Positions 49,226-61,683 of a stretch of DNA of 64,000 bases are shown here, piece by piece. The first letter of the stretch is position 1. Every line of letters begins with the position of its first letter. Source of the stretch: Planctomycetota bacterium (GTDB taxonomy: Bacteria > Planctomycetota > UBA8108 > SXIK01). The translations under genes and the position numbers were made by a program. The notes under the pieces are model-generated. The model ran no database searches. It was not told the origin of the DNA and saw nothing but the letters and a program-made list of their open reading frames with translations. The stretch is from NCBI GenBank assembly GCA_965223265.1, contig OZ244999.1, positions 3,616,001 to 3,680,000 on the forward strand, read 5' to 3'.

Positions 49226-49918
49226 ATGGTCGCACGCAGACTGATGGTTCTGGTCGTTGCCGTGTGGGCGTTTGCAGGATCAGGCTGCGCTCTGCAGAAC
49301 CTGAAAGAATCGAATCGTCGCTTACGCGAGTCGAATGACCGACTCATCGCCGAAAACAACCGGCTCGAAGCTGATCTCGAGCGCTTGCAGCGCGATCTGA
49401 CGGACTCGCGCTTTGTCGCGACAACGTCAACGGTAGCACGCGACGTGCCACCGCAGCAGCCCATAGCGACGACGCCTTTGATCGACGACGACCTTCTCCC
49501 CTCCGTGCCCGACGAGGTTGAAGTCGACCGTACTTCCGACGGGGTTCGATTGCGCCTCCCGGACCGTGTCTTCTTCGCCCCAGGAAAGGCCGAGCTGACG
49601 TCGAGAGGAAAAAACATACTGCGTCGCGTCGCACAGGTCATCTCGAGTCGCTATCCTGGGCACGTGGTGCGCGTCGAGGGGCATACGGACGACACGCCGA
49701 CCCGCAAGGTGAGAAAGCTCTATCCGACGAATTGGGAGCTGTCGACGGCACGCTCATGTCGTGTCGTCAGATACCTTGTCGATCATGGCGACGTTTCTCC
49801 GCGGTCAATCTTCGCCGCGGGCTTCAGCTATTACCGGCCGCTCGAGCACGGCAGATCGTCGAAGGCACGTAGCCGCAACCGTCGCGTAGAAATCACAATC
49901 CTCGACCGCGCGATCTGA
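49226..49918 (+). CDS. OmpA/MotB-type peptidoglycan-binding lipoprotein
   Basis: Lipobox-like FAGSGC, coiled coil, VEGHTD, NWELSTAR and NRRVEI motifs. Confidence 0.87.
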   Translation: MVARRLMVLVVAVWAFAGSGCALQNLKESNRRLRESNDRLIAENNRLEADLERLQRDLTDSRFVATTSTVARDVPPQQPIATTPLIDDDLLPSVPDEVEVDRTSDGVRLRLPDRVFFAPGKAELTSRGKNILRRVAQVISSRYPGHVVRVEGHTDDTPTRKVRKLYPTNWELSTARSCRVVRYLVDHGDVSPRSIFAAGFSYYRPLEHGRSSKARSRNRRVEITILDRAI

Positions 49919-50006
49919 CCGGAATCTGGTCAGATTCTGGTCGGAAACAATCACTGACCGCATGCAGCCGTGAAGCGTCGCGGTTGTGTGGTAACGTTCG
50001 ATAACG

Positions 50007-50039
50007 AAGCCTCCGGACAATGAGTCCGGAGGCTTTTTT
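50007..50039 (+). terminator. Rho-independent terminator
   Basis: AAGCCTCCGGAC-AATGA-GTCCGGAGGCTT followed by TTTT. Confidence 0.85.
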
Positions 50040-50229
50040 CGTTGCCAAACCCTCCCCGCGCTATCGGCCCTTCGCCACTCCGTCGACCGGTAAGTCGCCC
50101 CGAAATGCTCCGAGGAGTGTCTCTGACCGCCTCTTGGTCGCATCGCAAGTCTCGATGGTAGTCTTGCCTGAGCTCCGAAGCTCACTGGATTCAATCCGTG
50201 CCGACCGCGTCAAGAGGAGAAACAGCCAA

Positions 50230-51300
50230 ATGGTTTCCATTGAAGAACTCGTACAACAACTTGTTGAGAGAGGCGGGTCGGACCTGCACATTTCGGCCGG
50301 ATCTCCGCCGATGATTCGTGTCAATGGGCGCCTTGTTAGCACAGAGCAGGAAGTGCTCGACGCCGAGACCACGCAGAAGCTGATCTACAGCATCCTCGAC
50401 AACGAGCAAATCTTGCGGTTCGAAAAGGAACTCGAGCTCGACATGTCATTCGGCATCGCCGGACTCGGTCGCTTCCGCACCAACGTCTATCTGCAGCGCG
50501 GCACGCTCGGCGCCGTCATGCGCGTTGTCCCGTATGAGATCAAGGCACCAGGTGATCTAGGCCTGCCGGTCAAGGTGTGCGAAGACATTTGCGCTCGACC
50601 GAAAGGGCTGATTCTTGTCACTGGTGCGACGGGAAGCGGTAAGTCGACGACCCTCGCTTCGATGATCGATCACATCAATCGATCGCGCAACGAGCACATC
50701 ATCATCATCGAGGACCCGATCGAGTTCGTCCACCGAAACAAGGCATGCCTCGTCCACCAACGCGAAGTCGGCAATGACACGCACAGCTTTGCGGACTCTT
50801 TGCGAACCGTGCTGAGGCAAGACCCGGATGTGATCATGATCGGCGAGCTTCGAGACCAGGAAACGATCGCAGCCGCGCTCACCATCGCAGAAACGGGACA
50901 CTTGACGTTCGCGACGCTGCACACCAACGACGTGGTACAGACGATCAATCGCTGTGTCGATGTGTTCCCAGCGCATCAGCAGCAGCAGATCAGAACCCAG
51001 CTTTCGTTTTCGCTCGAGGCTGTCTTCTGTCAACAGTTGATCCCGCGATCCGACGGACGCGGGCGCGCATTGGCTGCCGAGGTCATGCTCGCAACTTCAG
51101 CAGTGCGCTCCCTGATCCGCGAAGACAAGACTCATCAGCTGATGTCGATCATCCAAACTGGGGGTCGCCACGGCATGAAGTCGATGAACCAAGCTCTCTT
51201 CGAGCTCTATCGACAGCACGCGATCACGTTCGATGACGCACTCTGCCACTCGTCGGATCCGGACGATCTGCGACGACTACTGCAGAGACAGGGAATTTGA
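50230..51300 (+). CDS. pilT: Type IV pilus retraction ATPase
   Basis: SDLHI, GRFRTN, GATGSGKSTT, EDPIE, LRQDPD, AETGH, TLHTN and AVRSLIRE motifs. AGGAGA RBS before ATG 50230. Confidence 0.93.
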   Translation: MVSIEELVQQLVERGGSDLHISAGSPPMIRVNGRLVSTEQEVLDAETTQKLIYSILDNEQILRFEKELELDMSFGIAGLGRFRTNVYLQRGTLGAVMRVVPYEIKAPGDLGLPVKVCEDICARPKGLILVTGATGSGKSTTLASMIDHINRSRNEHIIIIEDPIEFVHRNKACLVHQREVGNDTHSFADSLRTVLRQDPDVIMIGELRDQETIAAALTIAETGHLTFATLHTNDVVQTINRCVDVFPAHQQQQIRTQLSFSLEAVFCQQLIPRSDGRGRALAAEVMLATSAVRSLIREDKTHQLMSIIQTGGRHGMKSMNQALFELYRQHAITFDDALCHSSDPDDLRRLLQRQGI

Positions 51301-51341
51301 ACCACCAGCTGGTCACGCCGCCGGAAAACACAGACTGAACG

Positions 51342-53054
51342 ATGCCAGTTCTCAAATTCGATAAACGCCTCAGGTCGATTCTCCTGAAGCGAAAAATCCT
51401 CGACGAAGACTCGCTCTCTGAGTCTATGCAGAAGGCCGAAGAGTCGGATTTCTCGCTGACGCAAGTTCTGATCGACAGCGAGAAGCTCGACCAGACGGAA
51501 CTTCTCACTGCACTCAGCGAAGAGACAAGCCTGCCGCCGATCGACGTCGAAAAGGTGCAGCCAGACGAAGTCTTATCGGGTCTCTTGCCTGAGAACCTCG
51601 CCAAGTACTACGGCGTCATCCCCGTAGCCAAGGTTGGTAACGTGTTGACGCTGGCGGTCTACAACCCTTTCGACATCCTTCAGCTTGATGACATTCAGAT
51701 CGTGACCGGCTGCGAAATTCGCCCTGTCATCTCCACGGAAGTCAGCATCCGTAACTGCATCCCTGAGCTCTACAACCGTGGCCAGAAGATGGTGAGCGAA
51801 CTTCTCGACAACATGGCAGAACCAGACGTCGAGGTCAAAGAACGCTCTGAGTCGGACGACGAGATCAGCACAGACGACGAGAATCAAGCGCCTGTCGTCA
51901 AACTCGTCAACCTGATCATCGTCGAAGGCATTAAGAAGAAGGCTAGTGATATTCACGTCGAACCTATGGAAAAGAGGGTTCGAGTTCGATATCGCGTCGA
52001 CGGCGTCATGCGTGAGGCAATGGCGCCTCCGAAGAAGATGATGAGCGCGATATCCAGCCGCGTAAAAATCATCTCCGGCCTAGACATCGCAGAGAAGCGA
52101 AAACCTCAGGACGGCAAGTTTCAAATCCGACTGGACGGTCGAAAGATCGACTTCCGAACCTCGATCCTCCCCTGTATTCATGGCGAAAAGATCGTCCTTC
52201 GTATCTTGGACTCCGGAAACCTTAGCCTCAGCATGGACATTCTCGGGTTCGAGAAAAAGTCGTTAAGTGACATCCGCGAGGCGATCGCCCAGCCGTACGG
52301 CATGCTGCTTGTCACGGGTCCAACGGGAAGTGGAAAATCAACAACGCTCTACTCGAGCATCAGTGAAGTGCTGTCCGAAGAGGACAACATCGTCACCGTC
52401 GAAGATCCTGTCGAATACGAACTCGACGGTGTCAACCAGGTGCAGGTCAGCGTCAAACGTGGCCTCACTTTCGCGTCGGCGCTTCGATCCATCCTGCGCC
52501 AGGACCCGGACACGATACTCATTGGAGAAATTCGTGACCTGGAGACGATTGAGATCGCAGTAAAGGCTGCCCTCACCGGTCACTTGGTCTTCTCGACGCT
52601 ACACACCAACGACGCGCCTTCGACGATCACTCGTATGGTCGATATGGGGATTGAGCCGTTTCTTGTGGCGTCGTCGGTCGTGTGCGTCTGCGCGCAGAGG
52701 CTGGCGAAAAAAATCTGTCAAGATTGCCGTAAACCGTTGGAAGCCATGCCGACAAAGGAGCAGCTCCTAGAAAGCGGCTTCTTAGAGGAAGATTTCACCG
52801 ACGACTTTGCATTGTACGAACCGCAGGGTTGTTCTCGATGCGAGAAGGGATACAAGGGTCGCTTCGCCCTCCTCGAGACGATGCCACTCGATGACTCCCT
52901 ACGACGCGTGATCATACGTGGTGGAACAGCAATCGACATTAAGGACGAAGCCATGAAGCAGCAAATGCTGACGCTGCGACGCGTTGGGCTGCTAAATGCG
53001 ATGCGCGGAAAAACATCCATTCAAGAAGTGCTTAGAGTAACCATGGGAGACTGA
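51342..53054 (+). CDS. pilB: Type IV pilus assembly ATPase (GspE/PulE family)
   Basis: ASDIHVEP, LDIAEKRKPQDG, GPTGSGKSTTLY, LRQDPD, ALTGHLV and tetracysteine CQDC/CSRC motifs. Confidence 0.92.
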   Translation: MPVLKFDKRLRSILLKRKILDEDSLSESMQKAEESDFSLTQVLIDSEKLDQTELLTALSEETSLPPIDVEKVQPDEVLSGLLPENLAKYYGVIPVAKVGNVLTLAVYNPFDILQLDDIQIVTGCEIRPVISTEVSIRNCIPELYNRGQKMVSELLDNMAEPDVEVKERSESDDEISTDDENQAPVVKLVNLIIVEGIKKKASDIHVEPMEKRVRVRYRVDGVMREAMAPPKKMMSAISSRVKIISGLDIAEKRKPQDGKFQIRLDGRKIDFRTSILPCIHGEKIVLRILDSGNLSLSMDILGFEKKSLSDIREAIAQPYGMLLVTGPTGSGKSTTLYSSISEVLSEEDNIVTVEDPVEYELDGVNQVQVSVKRGLTFASALRSILRQDPDTILIGEIRDLETIEIAVKAALTGHLVFSTLHTNDAPSTITRMVDMGIEPFLVASSVVCVCAQRLAKKICQDCRKPLEAMPTKEQLLESGFLEEDFTDDFALYEPQGCSRCEKGYKGRFALLETMPLDDSLRRVIIRGGTAIDIKDEAMKQQMLTLRRVGLLNAMRGKTSIQEVLRVTMGD

Positions 53055-53057
53055 TCG

Positions 53058-54326
53058 ATGGCGATCTTTAGTTACAAGGCTGTAAAGCCTGGTGGTGAGC
53101 GCTCCAACGGCACCATCGACGCGCAAACAGAGTCCGAGGCGGTCGGTGAACTCCGACGCCAAGGTCTGGTCGTGGTTTCGATCGCCAAGGGGGGCGGCGG
53201 ACGCGGGGCGAAGTCGTCGCGTGCGAAGGGTGCGAAGCGCTCGGGTGCAACGGGCGTGAAAGCCGCCTCGGTCAGCAGCAAACGCGTCCGAGTCAAGAGC
53301 GAAGACATGGTTGTCTTCACTCGGCAGCTATCGACGATGATCAGCTCCGGTATTCCGCTGGTTGAGTCGATTGATATCCTCGGCGAGCAGAACGAGAATC
53401 CCGGGTTCAAGTCGGTACTGCTAGAGGTTTCGGAACACGTTCGTGCCGGTAAAGATCTCTCTCAGGCACTTTCAGCGCATCCGCGCGTGTTCCCCAAGAT
53501 CTACATCAACATGGTGAAGGCCGGCGAGGCCAGTGGTCAGCTCGATATCGTGCTGACTCGACTTGCAGAGTATCAGGAAGCTGCGGAACAGCTGCGCTCT
53601 GAAATCAAGTCGGCGATGACCTATCCAGTCGTCTCCCTGTTTCTCGTGCTTGGCATTACGGTCTTCCTCCTCGTCTTCATCATCCCGAAGTTCGAGGACA
53701 TGTTCAATTCGATGAACGTAGAGCTTCCTGCGATCACTAAGGGGCTCCTGGCAACCAGCTTGTTTCTACAAGAGAACTTCCTGGTCGCCTGTCTCGCGAT
53801 CGTCTCGATGGTCGTCGGAATCGTGATGTACTTCAAAACAGAGAGAGGGGCATATACCGCCGATTGGATAGTCTTAAATCTGCCAATCTTCGGAAAGTTG
53901 TTCTCGAAGGTCGCGATCTCGCGATTCGCGCGAACTTTCTCGACGCTGATTCAGAGCGGCGTTCCGATCCTCGGCGCCCTCGAGATCGTGTCTGAGACTT
54001 GCGGTAACAGGATCTTCGCCAACGCAATCAATGCGGCAAGCGAAAGCGTACGGCAGGGTGAGACCCTCGGCGACCCCTTAGCGGAGAGCGGAGTGTTTCC
54101 ACCCATGGTCACGAAGATGGTGTCGATCGGTGAGAAGACCGGCGCTCTTGAGCAGCTGCTGGAGAAGATCTCGGACTTCTACGACCAGCAGGTGAAGACT
54201 ACGGTCGAAAGTCTAACGTCACTGATCGAGCCGGTCATGATCGGCGTCATGGGCTTTCTGGTCGGCGGAATGGTCCTCGCGATCTTCCTGCCGGTGTTCA
54301 AGATGGTCGGATCCCTCGGAGCCTAA
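53058..54326 (+). CDS. pilC: Type IV pilus platform protein (GspF family)
   Basis: FTRQLSTMI.SG, GEASGQLD, AMTYP, GEKTGALE and LIEP motifs. Confidence 0.92.
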   Translation: MAIFSYKAVKPGGERSNGTIDAQTESEAVGELRRQGLVVVSIAKGGGGRGAKSSRAKGAKRSGATGVKAASVSSKRVRVKSEDMVVFTRQLSTMISSGIPLVESIDILGEQNENPGFKSVLLEVSEHVRAGKDLSQALSAHPRVFPKIYINMVKAGEASGQLDIVLTRLAEYQEAAEQLRSEIKSAMTYPVVSLFLVLGITVFLLVFIIPKFEDMFNSMNVELPAITKGLLATSLFLQENFLVACLAIVSMVVGIVMYFKTERGAYTADWIVLNLPIFGKLFSKVAISRFARTFSTLIQSGVPILGALEIVSETCGNRIFANAINAASESVRQGETLGDPLAESGVFPPMVTKMVSIGEKTGALEQLLEKISDFYDQQVKTTVESLTSLIEPVMIGVMGFLVGGMVLAIFLPVFKMVGSLGA

Positions 54327-54514
54327 CGATTACGCAGCAGGAGAGTTACTCGGGCGAAATATCGAATCGCTCGCTTGCGGTTTCGGATCGCGTCAACGTC
54401 CCTTGACGATGTCACTTGTCCGGAAACGAAGAGCTCGGCGTTCTTCGGCTCGAATCAACTCTCCAGCGAGTCAGCAAGGCTCTTTCATCAAACCGAGCAG
54501 AAAAAGTGACGCCA

Positions 54515-54548
54515 CCGAGGCGGTGAGGCCACCATCTCACCGCCTCGG
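54515..54548. repeat. Perfect 13-bp-stem inverted repeat between pilC and pilS
   Basis: CCGAGGCGGTGAG-GCCACCAT-CTCACCGCCTCGG. Confidence 0.6.
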
Positions 54549-54659
54549 CGACGGTTAACGTAGAACGTGACCTTTCGGGGTTGCTCAATGGGCTGTTCAA
54601 GCCACGGGTGGTTGCCACCGTCACGCCCGAGCGATCTCGTGTCAACTGGGAAGGCACAC

Positions 54660-56371
54660 ATGACGGCCCCCCGCGCAGAAGCTGAAGAACTAAGAGACGA
54701 GAACCTGGCGCGCAATTACCGCCACTTTCTCTTCTTTCGGCTTCTCGTCGTAGTCTACGGATACGGCATCGTCGCCGTCAGTGCTTGGCGGGACTTGCTT
54801 GTGTTTGACGGCGTCGGGGTCTGGATCCACACCGTTCTCGCGTTCTATCTCGCGATCTCCGTCACCTTATTCCTTCTACGCCGTCGATTGAGCCGGTCGT
54901 ATCGAGCGATCACCCTCCAAGTCGCGATCGACGTCTTGCTCCAGTCCGCACTGATCTGCACGAGCGGGGGGGTGACGAGCGCGTTTAGCCCTGTGCTCCT
55001 GGTGACTCTGGCCGCCGCGTCTGGGCTTCTGCTCGCACGAGAACTCTACATCTTGGCGTCCGTCGCCGCGATTCTGTTGACGACGAACACTTTGTTCCAC
55101 AGCTTCGAGCTTCCTGCGGCGGGCAACTCGAATGCCGGCGTTTCAAGCCAACGATTCGAACCGGTGTACCTCCTCGCCAGCGTCGCCGGCCTCTACATGA
55201 TCTCTGTTCTCGGCTCGCACTACGCCCAGCGCCTGAAAGGCGTCGTAGGGTTTCAACGAGAGATCCTGGAGAACATGGGCGAAGGCTTGATCGCCGTCGA
55301 CGCTCAGAATTGCGTACTCGGAGTCAATCGTGAGGCGCGCATACTTCTCGGAATCGATTTGAGTGAAACTGAATGCATCGGCCGCCCACTCACTGAGTTA
55401 GTGCGGCGGGAAAAATGTCCAGCCGTAGTTGATGCACTCGAGAAGGACGGGAAGCAGAGACTCGAGACGGGCGTCACGATCCACGGCGAGCTGCACGAGA
55501 TCGAAGTTCGAGTGTCTCAGGTCCGGGATGAGCGCGGGGAGATCCGCTGCCGGATGGCACTGATCAGCGACCTAAAGCTGCAGCGCGAGATGGAGGTCGC
55601 AGAGAAACGCATCCAGACACTCGAAGACCTTCAAGTGATGGCACTCGGGATAGCGCACGAGATACGCAACCCTTTGGCGTCGATCAGAGGGTGTATCCAG
55701 GAAATCAGTCGTTCCGAGATCACGGGTGACCAGATGGGGAGGTACATGTCGATCGTCTGCCGCGAGTCAGACCGTCTCGACGAGATTCTAGAGCAGTTCT
55801 TACGCTACGCACGCCCCGACTGCGCCACATTCGTCCCCACTGATGTAGCAAGTGTTTTGACCGAAGCCGTCGTGCTCCTTCGCAGCCGTGAAGGCATCGG
55901 CAATCGACGCGTTGTCTGGGAACCGCCTGAGCAGAAGATGAGAGTGCTCGGCAACCGCAATCAACTCGTGCAGCTAGCGCTCAACCTGGGACTCAACGCG
56001 ATCGACGCAACATCTCCCGAATCGGGGACCGTGGAGATATCTCTCCGTTCGGTAGAGTGCTCAAAAGTAGCTCCGTCCGGGTCCACTCCCGTGCCAGCGG
56101 TTGAGATCGAGTGGAAAGACAACGGCGTCGGACTCGGCGATCAGCCGTCGGAGAATCTCTTCACTCCGTTTTTCAGCACCAAGGAGTCAGGTAGTGGCCT
56201 CGGCCTCTCGATCGCCGCTCGAATCGTCCGAGCTCACCGTGGAACTATCGAGGCGTTAAGCGACAGATCCAGCGGTGCAGTGTTTCGAGTTCGTCTGCCG
56301 TTGATCGTCAAAACCTCTCCCCCGTCGATGGTGTTTCAGGACTCGCGCACGAATCAAGGAGTAGCGGCGTC

Positions 56372-56390
<19 letters not shown>
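54660..56390 (+). CDS. pilS: PilS-like membrane sensor histidine kinase with a PAS domain
   Basis: About six TM helices, PAS, AHEIRNPL, N box, DNGVG, FTPFFSTK and GSGLGL motifs; synteny with pilC and pilR. Start at ATG 54660. Confidence 0.78.
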
Positions 56391-57814
<1,424 letters not shown>

Positions 57815-57957
57815 CTTAACAGCCTGATCACTTTCCCTCGAGACAAGGATACAGCACCGCGGAAACTGACCGTCACCGCGGAAGCCTTGGCGTGACGGCC
57901 GGCGCTTCAGCCTCAAAGCCCCACACTTGAGAGGCGATTCCCGCCGATAAGGCGACT

Positions 57958-59973
57958 ATGAATCGTACCGCTCGTTCACTGCCCAATTGGGCATCCCTTC
58001 TTCTCATCGGGTGGAGCATCGTCATCATCGTCCTGTTTTTAGGGCAGATGCGGCGATTTCTCGGAACGTCTCTCGACACGGCAGCGACCGTTGGCTTGGG
58101 GGGGCTCACGGTATACATCGCCTGGCTCACCGGCTTTCGGATCTGGCGGGCATGCAAAGGCCCAGAGGTTCCAGCACCCCTAGAAGCCTCGCTGTACGAA
58201 GTGGGCTTGGGTGCCCTCGCCCTTGTCGCCGCCGTCTTCTGCATGGGGTGCGTGCAGCTTTACACCCCCGTGGCAGCCTATTCTCTGCTCGCCGTGCTCC
58301 TCCTGGCACCCCATCGCCGATTCTGGAGCCACCAGCGCAGTCGTTGGGGCAGTGGGGACGGCACCGGTTCGCGTCGCCTTACAGAGCGCCGTACGGAGCC
58401 ACGTTTCGCGCTCCTTCTCCTGGGCGTCGTTAGCGCACTCACTCTGATCCATAGCCTCACGCCGCCGACGTCTCAGGACGCTCTCGTCTACCACCTCAGC
58501 ATCCCAGCCAAGTACTTGAGCGCTGGCGGTTTCTATAACATCGAAGGGAACTTCTTCGCCCACTTTCCGCACAACGTAGAGATGCTGTTCATCCTCGGGC
58601 TGCTTCTCAAGGGCGCGGAACTCGCGAAGCTGTATCACTGGTGCTTTGGCGTTTGGGCCGCGCTGACGGCTGCCGCCCTGACACACCGCCTTTCTCGGCG
58701 TGGCTCAGGACGCCTCGCCGCGACACTTTTCGCAACCATCCCCACAACGGCGCTCATCGCCGGGTGGGCGTACGTCGATCTCGCGGTCGTCTTCTTCACG
58801 CTCCTCAGTGTGATCGCGTTCGTTCGTTTCTGGCAAAACAACCGAGACAGTTGGCTCATCGTCGCAGCGACCTTTGCGGGGGCGGCGGCAGGCTGCAAGT
58901 ACACAGCTGGTCTGCAAGGCTTAGTTCTCATTGCAGGCGTCGTCGTGCTCGCCGGCCTGACGCGAAAGTCGATACGCTGGGCGCTGTCTCGTGGCGCATT
59001 CGTCTGTGGCATCGTAGCACTCCTGGCGGGTCCCTGGTGGCTGAAGAGCTACCTCTACACCGGCAACCCGATTTACCCCTTCGCGTTTCAATTCTTTGGC
59101 GGTGAAGGGTGGGATGCGGAGCGCAGCGCGGTTCTTAGCCTGGCCATGCAGGAGTGGGGAGGGGCTCGCGATCTCGTCTCAACCCTTTTGCTTCCGTGGC
59201 GTTTGACGATGGAGGCAGATTTTTTCTCTCAGGCAAATTTCGACGGCGTCATCGGCTGCGCGTTTCTGATCGGCGCACCGTTGCTTCTCGCCGGCGCGAT
59301 ACTGTCGCCACGCCATCGCTTGGTGTTGGCGATCGCCGTTGTTCACTTCGCCGTTTGGGCGGTTCTCACGCGACAGATTCGTTTTCTCTTACCATGCCTC
59401 TGCATGCTCTCCGCCGTCATGGCGGCGACACTGAGTTGTTGGCCGTCGCAGAACCGTGTGCGCAGATCGGTCGCTGCAGCTCTTCTCTGCGCGTCGACCT
59501 TCAACGTCCTCATGATGGCGGCGAACTTCGCGGCGCACCGCCCGCTCGGGGTCGTCCTCGGTCTCGAGAGTCGCGACAGTTACCTTCAGCGTGAGATCCC
59601 CGGTGGCGACTTCGCCACCTTCACGTATATCAATTCCCACTTACCCGTCGACAGCTACATTCTCTTTGCTTCGCTCGGCAATCCAGGTTTTCTCTGCGAC
59701 AGAAAGTACTACAGCGATGCGTTCTTTGAGAATCATACACTGAAACAGATCCTCGCGCGTTCTGACACTCCCGACGATGCCTACCTCGACTTACGCCAAC
59801 GAGGTTTCACGCACGTTCTCTTCCGTTTCGACTGTGTCTTGGATCCTTCTGGAAGAAAAAGCGACATCCCCATCCATGACCAAGAGGAGTTCGCGAACCT
59901 ATTGAACGAGTATGCGCAGCTCCTCCACACGAGCTCGGGAACGTATCTGTACCAGCTCCACTTCGAGCCCTGA
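57958..59973 (+). CDS. GT-C (family 39-like) integral membrane glycosyltransferase
   Basis: Multi-TM protein; PP...DALVYHL..P, FP...E, AY.DL, G.A...KY, TGNP.YPF and RFLLP motifs. Confidence 0.72.
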   Translation: MNRTARSLPNWASLLLIGWSIVIIVLFLGQMRRFLGTSLDTAATVGLGGLTVYIAWLTGFRIWRACKGPEVPAPLEASLYEVGLGALALVAAVFCMGCVQLYTPVAAYSLLAVLLLAPHRRFWSHQRSRWGSGDGTGSRRLTERRTEPRFALLLLGVVSALTLIHSLTPPTSQDALVYHLSIPAKYLSAGGFYNIEGNFFAHFPHNVEMLFILGLLLKGAELAKLYHWCFGVWAALTAAALTHRLSRRGSGRLAATLFATIPTTALIAGWAYVDLAVVFFTLLSVIAFVRFWQNNRDSWLIVAATFAGAAAGCKYTAGLQGLVLIAGVVVLAGLTRKSIRWALSRGAFVCGIVALLAGPWWLKSYLYTGNPIYPFAFQFFGGEGWDAERSAVLSLAMQEWGGARDLVSTLLLPWRLTMEADFFSQANFDGVIGCAFLIGAPLLLAGAILSPRHRLVLAIAVVHFAVWAVLTRQIRFLLPCLCMLSAVMAATLSCWPSQNRVRRSVAAALLCASTFNVLMMAANFAAHRPLGVVLGLESRDSYLQREIPGGDFATFTYINSHLPVDSYILFASLGNPGFLCDRKYYSDAFFENHTLKQILARSDTPDDAYLDLRQRGFTHVLFRFDCVLDPSGRKSDIPIHDQEEFANLLNEYAQLLHTSSGTYLYQLHFEP

Positions 59974-60044
59974 GCCCGCCCGATGCCGATTGGCACGGTG
60001 GGTCTTGATCTCAACATCGGCAATCGGTGCCGATCGCGCCCGAG

Positions 60045-60365
60045 TCAGCGGATCCGGAAATTGCCGCTGTCGTCGCCCTGTGAATCCTCCCAATGCGGCT
60101 CGATGCGGTCGACTCGCGCGGCTGGAGGACCACGTTTGCTCCAGCGCAGCAATTCTTTCAGATCTGAAGCTGGCCCCTCAGCAACCCACTCGACGCGACC
60201 GTCGGGTAGGTTCCGAACCCACCCGGCCAAACCGAGCCGCTCGGCTTCGTCTCGAGTGTACATGCGGAAGCAAACCCCCTGGACGACTCCGGAGATATAG
60301 ACGTGGAGGCGTGCCGTTTCGCTACTCTGGCGCTGTCGAGAAGTCTCCTGCCCTGCGTCACCCAT
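60045..60365 (-). CDS. acyP: Acylphosphatase
   Basis: ISG.VQGVCFR, GWVRNLPDGRVE...EG and GPPAARV motifs. Start uncertain (ATG 60365 chosen). Confidence 0.9.
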   Translation of the reverse strand: MGDAGQETSRQRQSSETARLHVYISGVVQGVCFRMYTRDEAERLGLAGWVRNLPDGRVEWVAEGPASDLKELLRWSKRGPPAARVDRIEPHWEDSQGDDSGNFRIR

Positions 60366-60593
60366 TTGTTCACTCGGCTCCTTCTTGTCTTCCCTCTGCC
60401 GCCTGCGAGATGCGATCATGGTGCCACTGCGCGAGGCCGAACGCAAACTCGCTCTGCGCGGCAGAATTCCCGGACGCTTGATGGTCGAAACGAAATCGCC
60501 AAGCTCGAGTTCATCGAGCTTGCGCCAGGAAGATCGTGTGTCTCAGCGGACAGAGAAGAGTCATTCGCATTAACGTTCCCAGAGTAGAGTTTC

Positions 60594-61643
60594 ATGACCG
60601 GCGGTGTTGACGCGGAGACCCTGAGACGACGCCTTCACGAAATCGGCTTCGACGCTGTCGGCTTTGCCGCCGCCAACCAGGCCGCCTCGAGCGATCGTTT
60701 CAAGAGCTGGCTGAAGCAAGGCTTCGCCGGCAGCATGGACTATCTCTCTCGACGCATCGAGCGACGGCTGGACCCACGCGAAGTCGTCAAGGGTGCAAAA
60801 AGCGTCATCGTCACGGCCAATCACTATCATGACGGGAAGCGGTTTGGCATCGCGTCAGCACGATCCGATGTCGCGGAAATCGCCTCCTACGCAAGGGGCG
60901 ACGACTACCATCGCGTGATCGAAAAACGGCTCAAACTCGCCGTCGCGGCCATCTCCGAGATGAGCTCCGGAAGCTCTAGCCGCTACTACGTTGACACTGG
61001 CCCGGTCCTCGAACGCGACTGGGCCGAGATGGCCGGAATCGGTTGGGTGGGCAAAAACACCTGCACGATCCAAGCCGGCCAGGGTTCGTTCCTATTCCTC
61101 GGCGCTGTCATCACCACGCTCGCCATCCCTCCCGATCGGCCGGCGCCCAACCACTGCGGCACATGCAACCTTTGCATCGAGGCATGTCCGACCGACGCCT
61201 TCGTAGGACCCTACGAACTCGACGCAAGGCGCTGCATCTCCTACCTCACGATTGAGCACCGCGGCGATCTCGACGAAGCCCTGGAGCCGCAGATCGGCTC
61301 CCTAGTCTTTGGATGCGATATCTGTCAGGAGGTATGCCCTCACAATCGTCCGCAGCACCTTCGCGGCGACGGCGAGCTCGCGTCGAGACCCGAGAATGTC
61401 TGGCCGGATCTCGTCGAGCTGTCAGAGCTCACGGAGGAACGCTTTCGCGAGCGTTTTCGCGGCAGCGCCGTCAAACGCGCGAAGTTCTCGGGTTTTCTTC
61501 GCAACGTGATCATCGCTCTCGGCAACTGCGGCACCGAGCGTTGCTACTTGGCACTCGAACGACTTCGGGCTCGGGAGGACGTCCGTGCTAGTAACGTTTT
61601 GTTGAGTACACTCGAGCGCGCGTTGAAGAGAAGCAGCAGATAA
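60594..61643 (+). CDS. queG: tRNA epoxyqueuosine(34) reductase
   Basis: YARGDDYH, VDTGPVLER, GIGWVGKN, CGTC..C..ACPT, RCISYLTIE and FGCDICQEVCP motifs. Confidence 0.93.
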   Translation: MTGGVDAETLRRRLHEIGFDAVGFAAANQAASSDRFKSWLKQGFAGSMDYLSRRIERRLDPREVVKGAKSVIVTANHYHDGKRFGIASARSDVAEIASYARGDDYHRVIEKRLKLAVAAISEMSSGSSSRYYVDTGPVLERDWAEMAGIGWVGKNTCTIQAGQGSFLFLGAVITTLAIPPDRPAPNHCGTCNLCIEACPTDAFVGPYELDARRCISYLTIEHRGDLDEALEPQIGSLVFGCDICQEVCPHNRPQHLRGDGELASRPENVWPDLVELSELTEERFRERFRGSAVKRAKFSGFLRNVIIALGNCGTERCYLALERLRAREDVRASNVLLSTLERALKRSSR

Positions 61644-61683
61644 CGAAGCGAGTTGGATGCGCGTCGGCTCTCGTGAAGCGGAC

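Noticed and set aside
50020-50229. N-terminal extensions of the pilT, lpxI, aspC and NHL ORFs given in the track
   Set aside because: They overlap a terminator, the tRNA or promoter regions; downstream starts fit family lengths and, for pilT and NHL, have an RBS.
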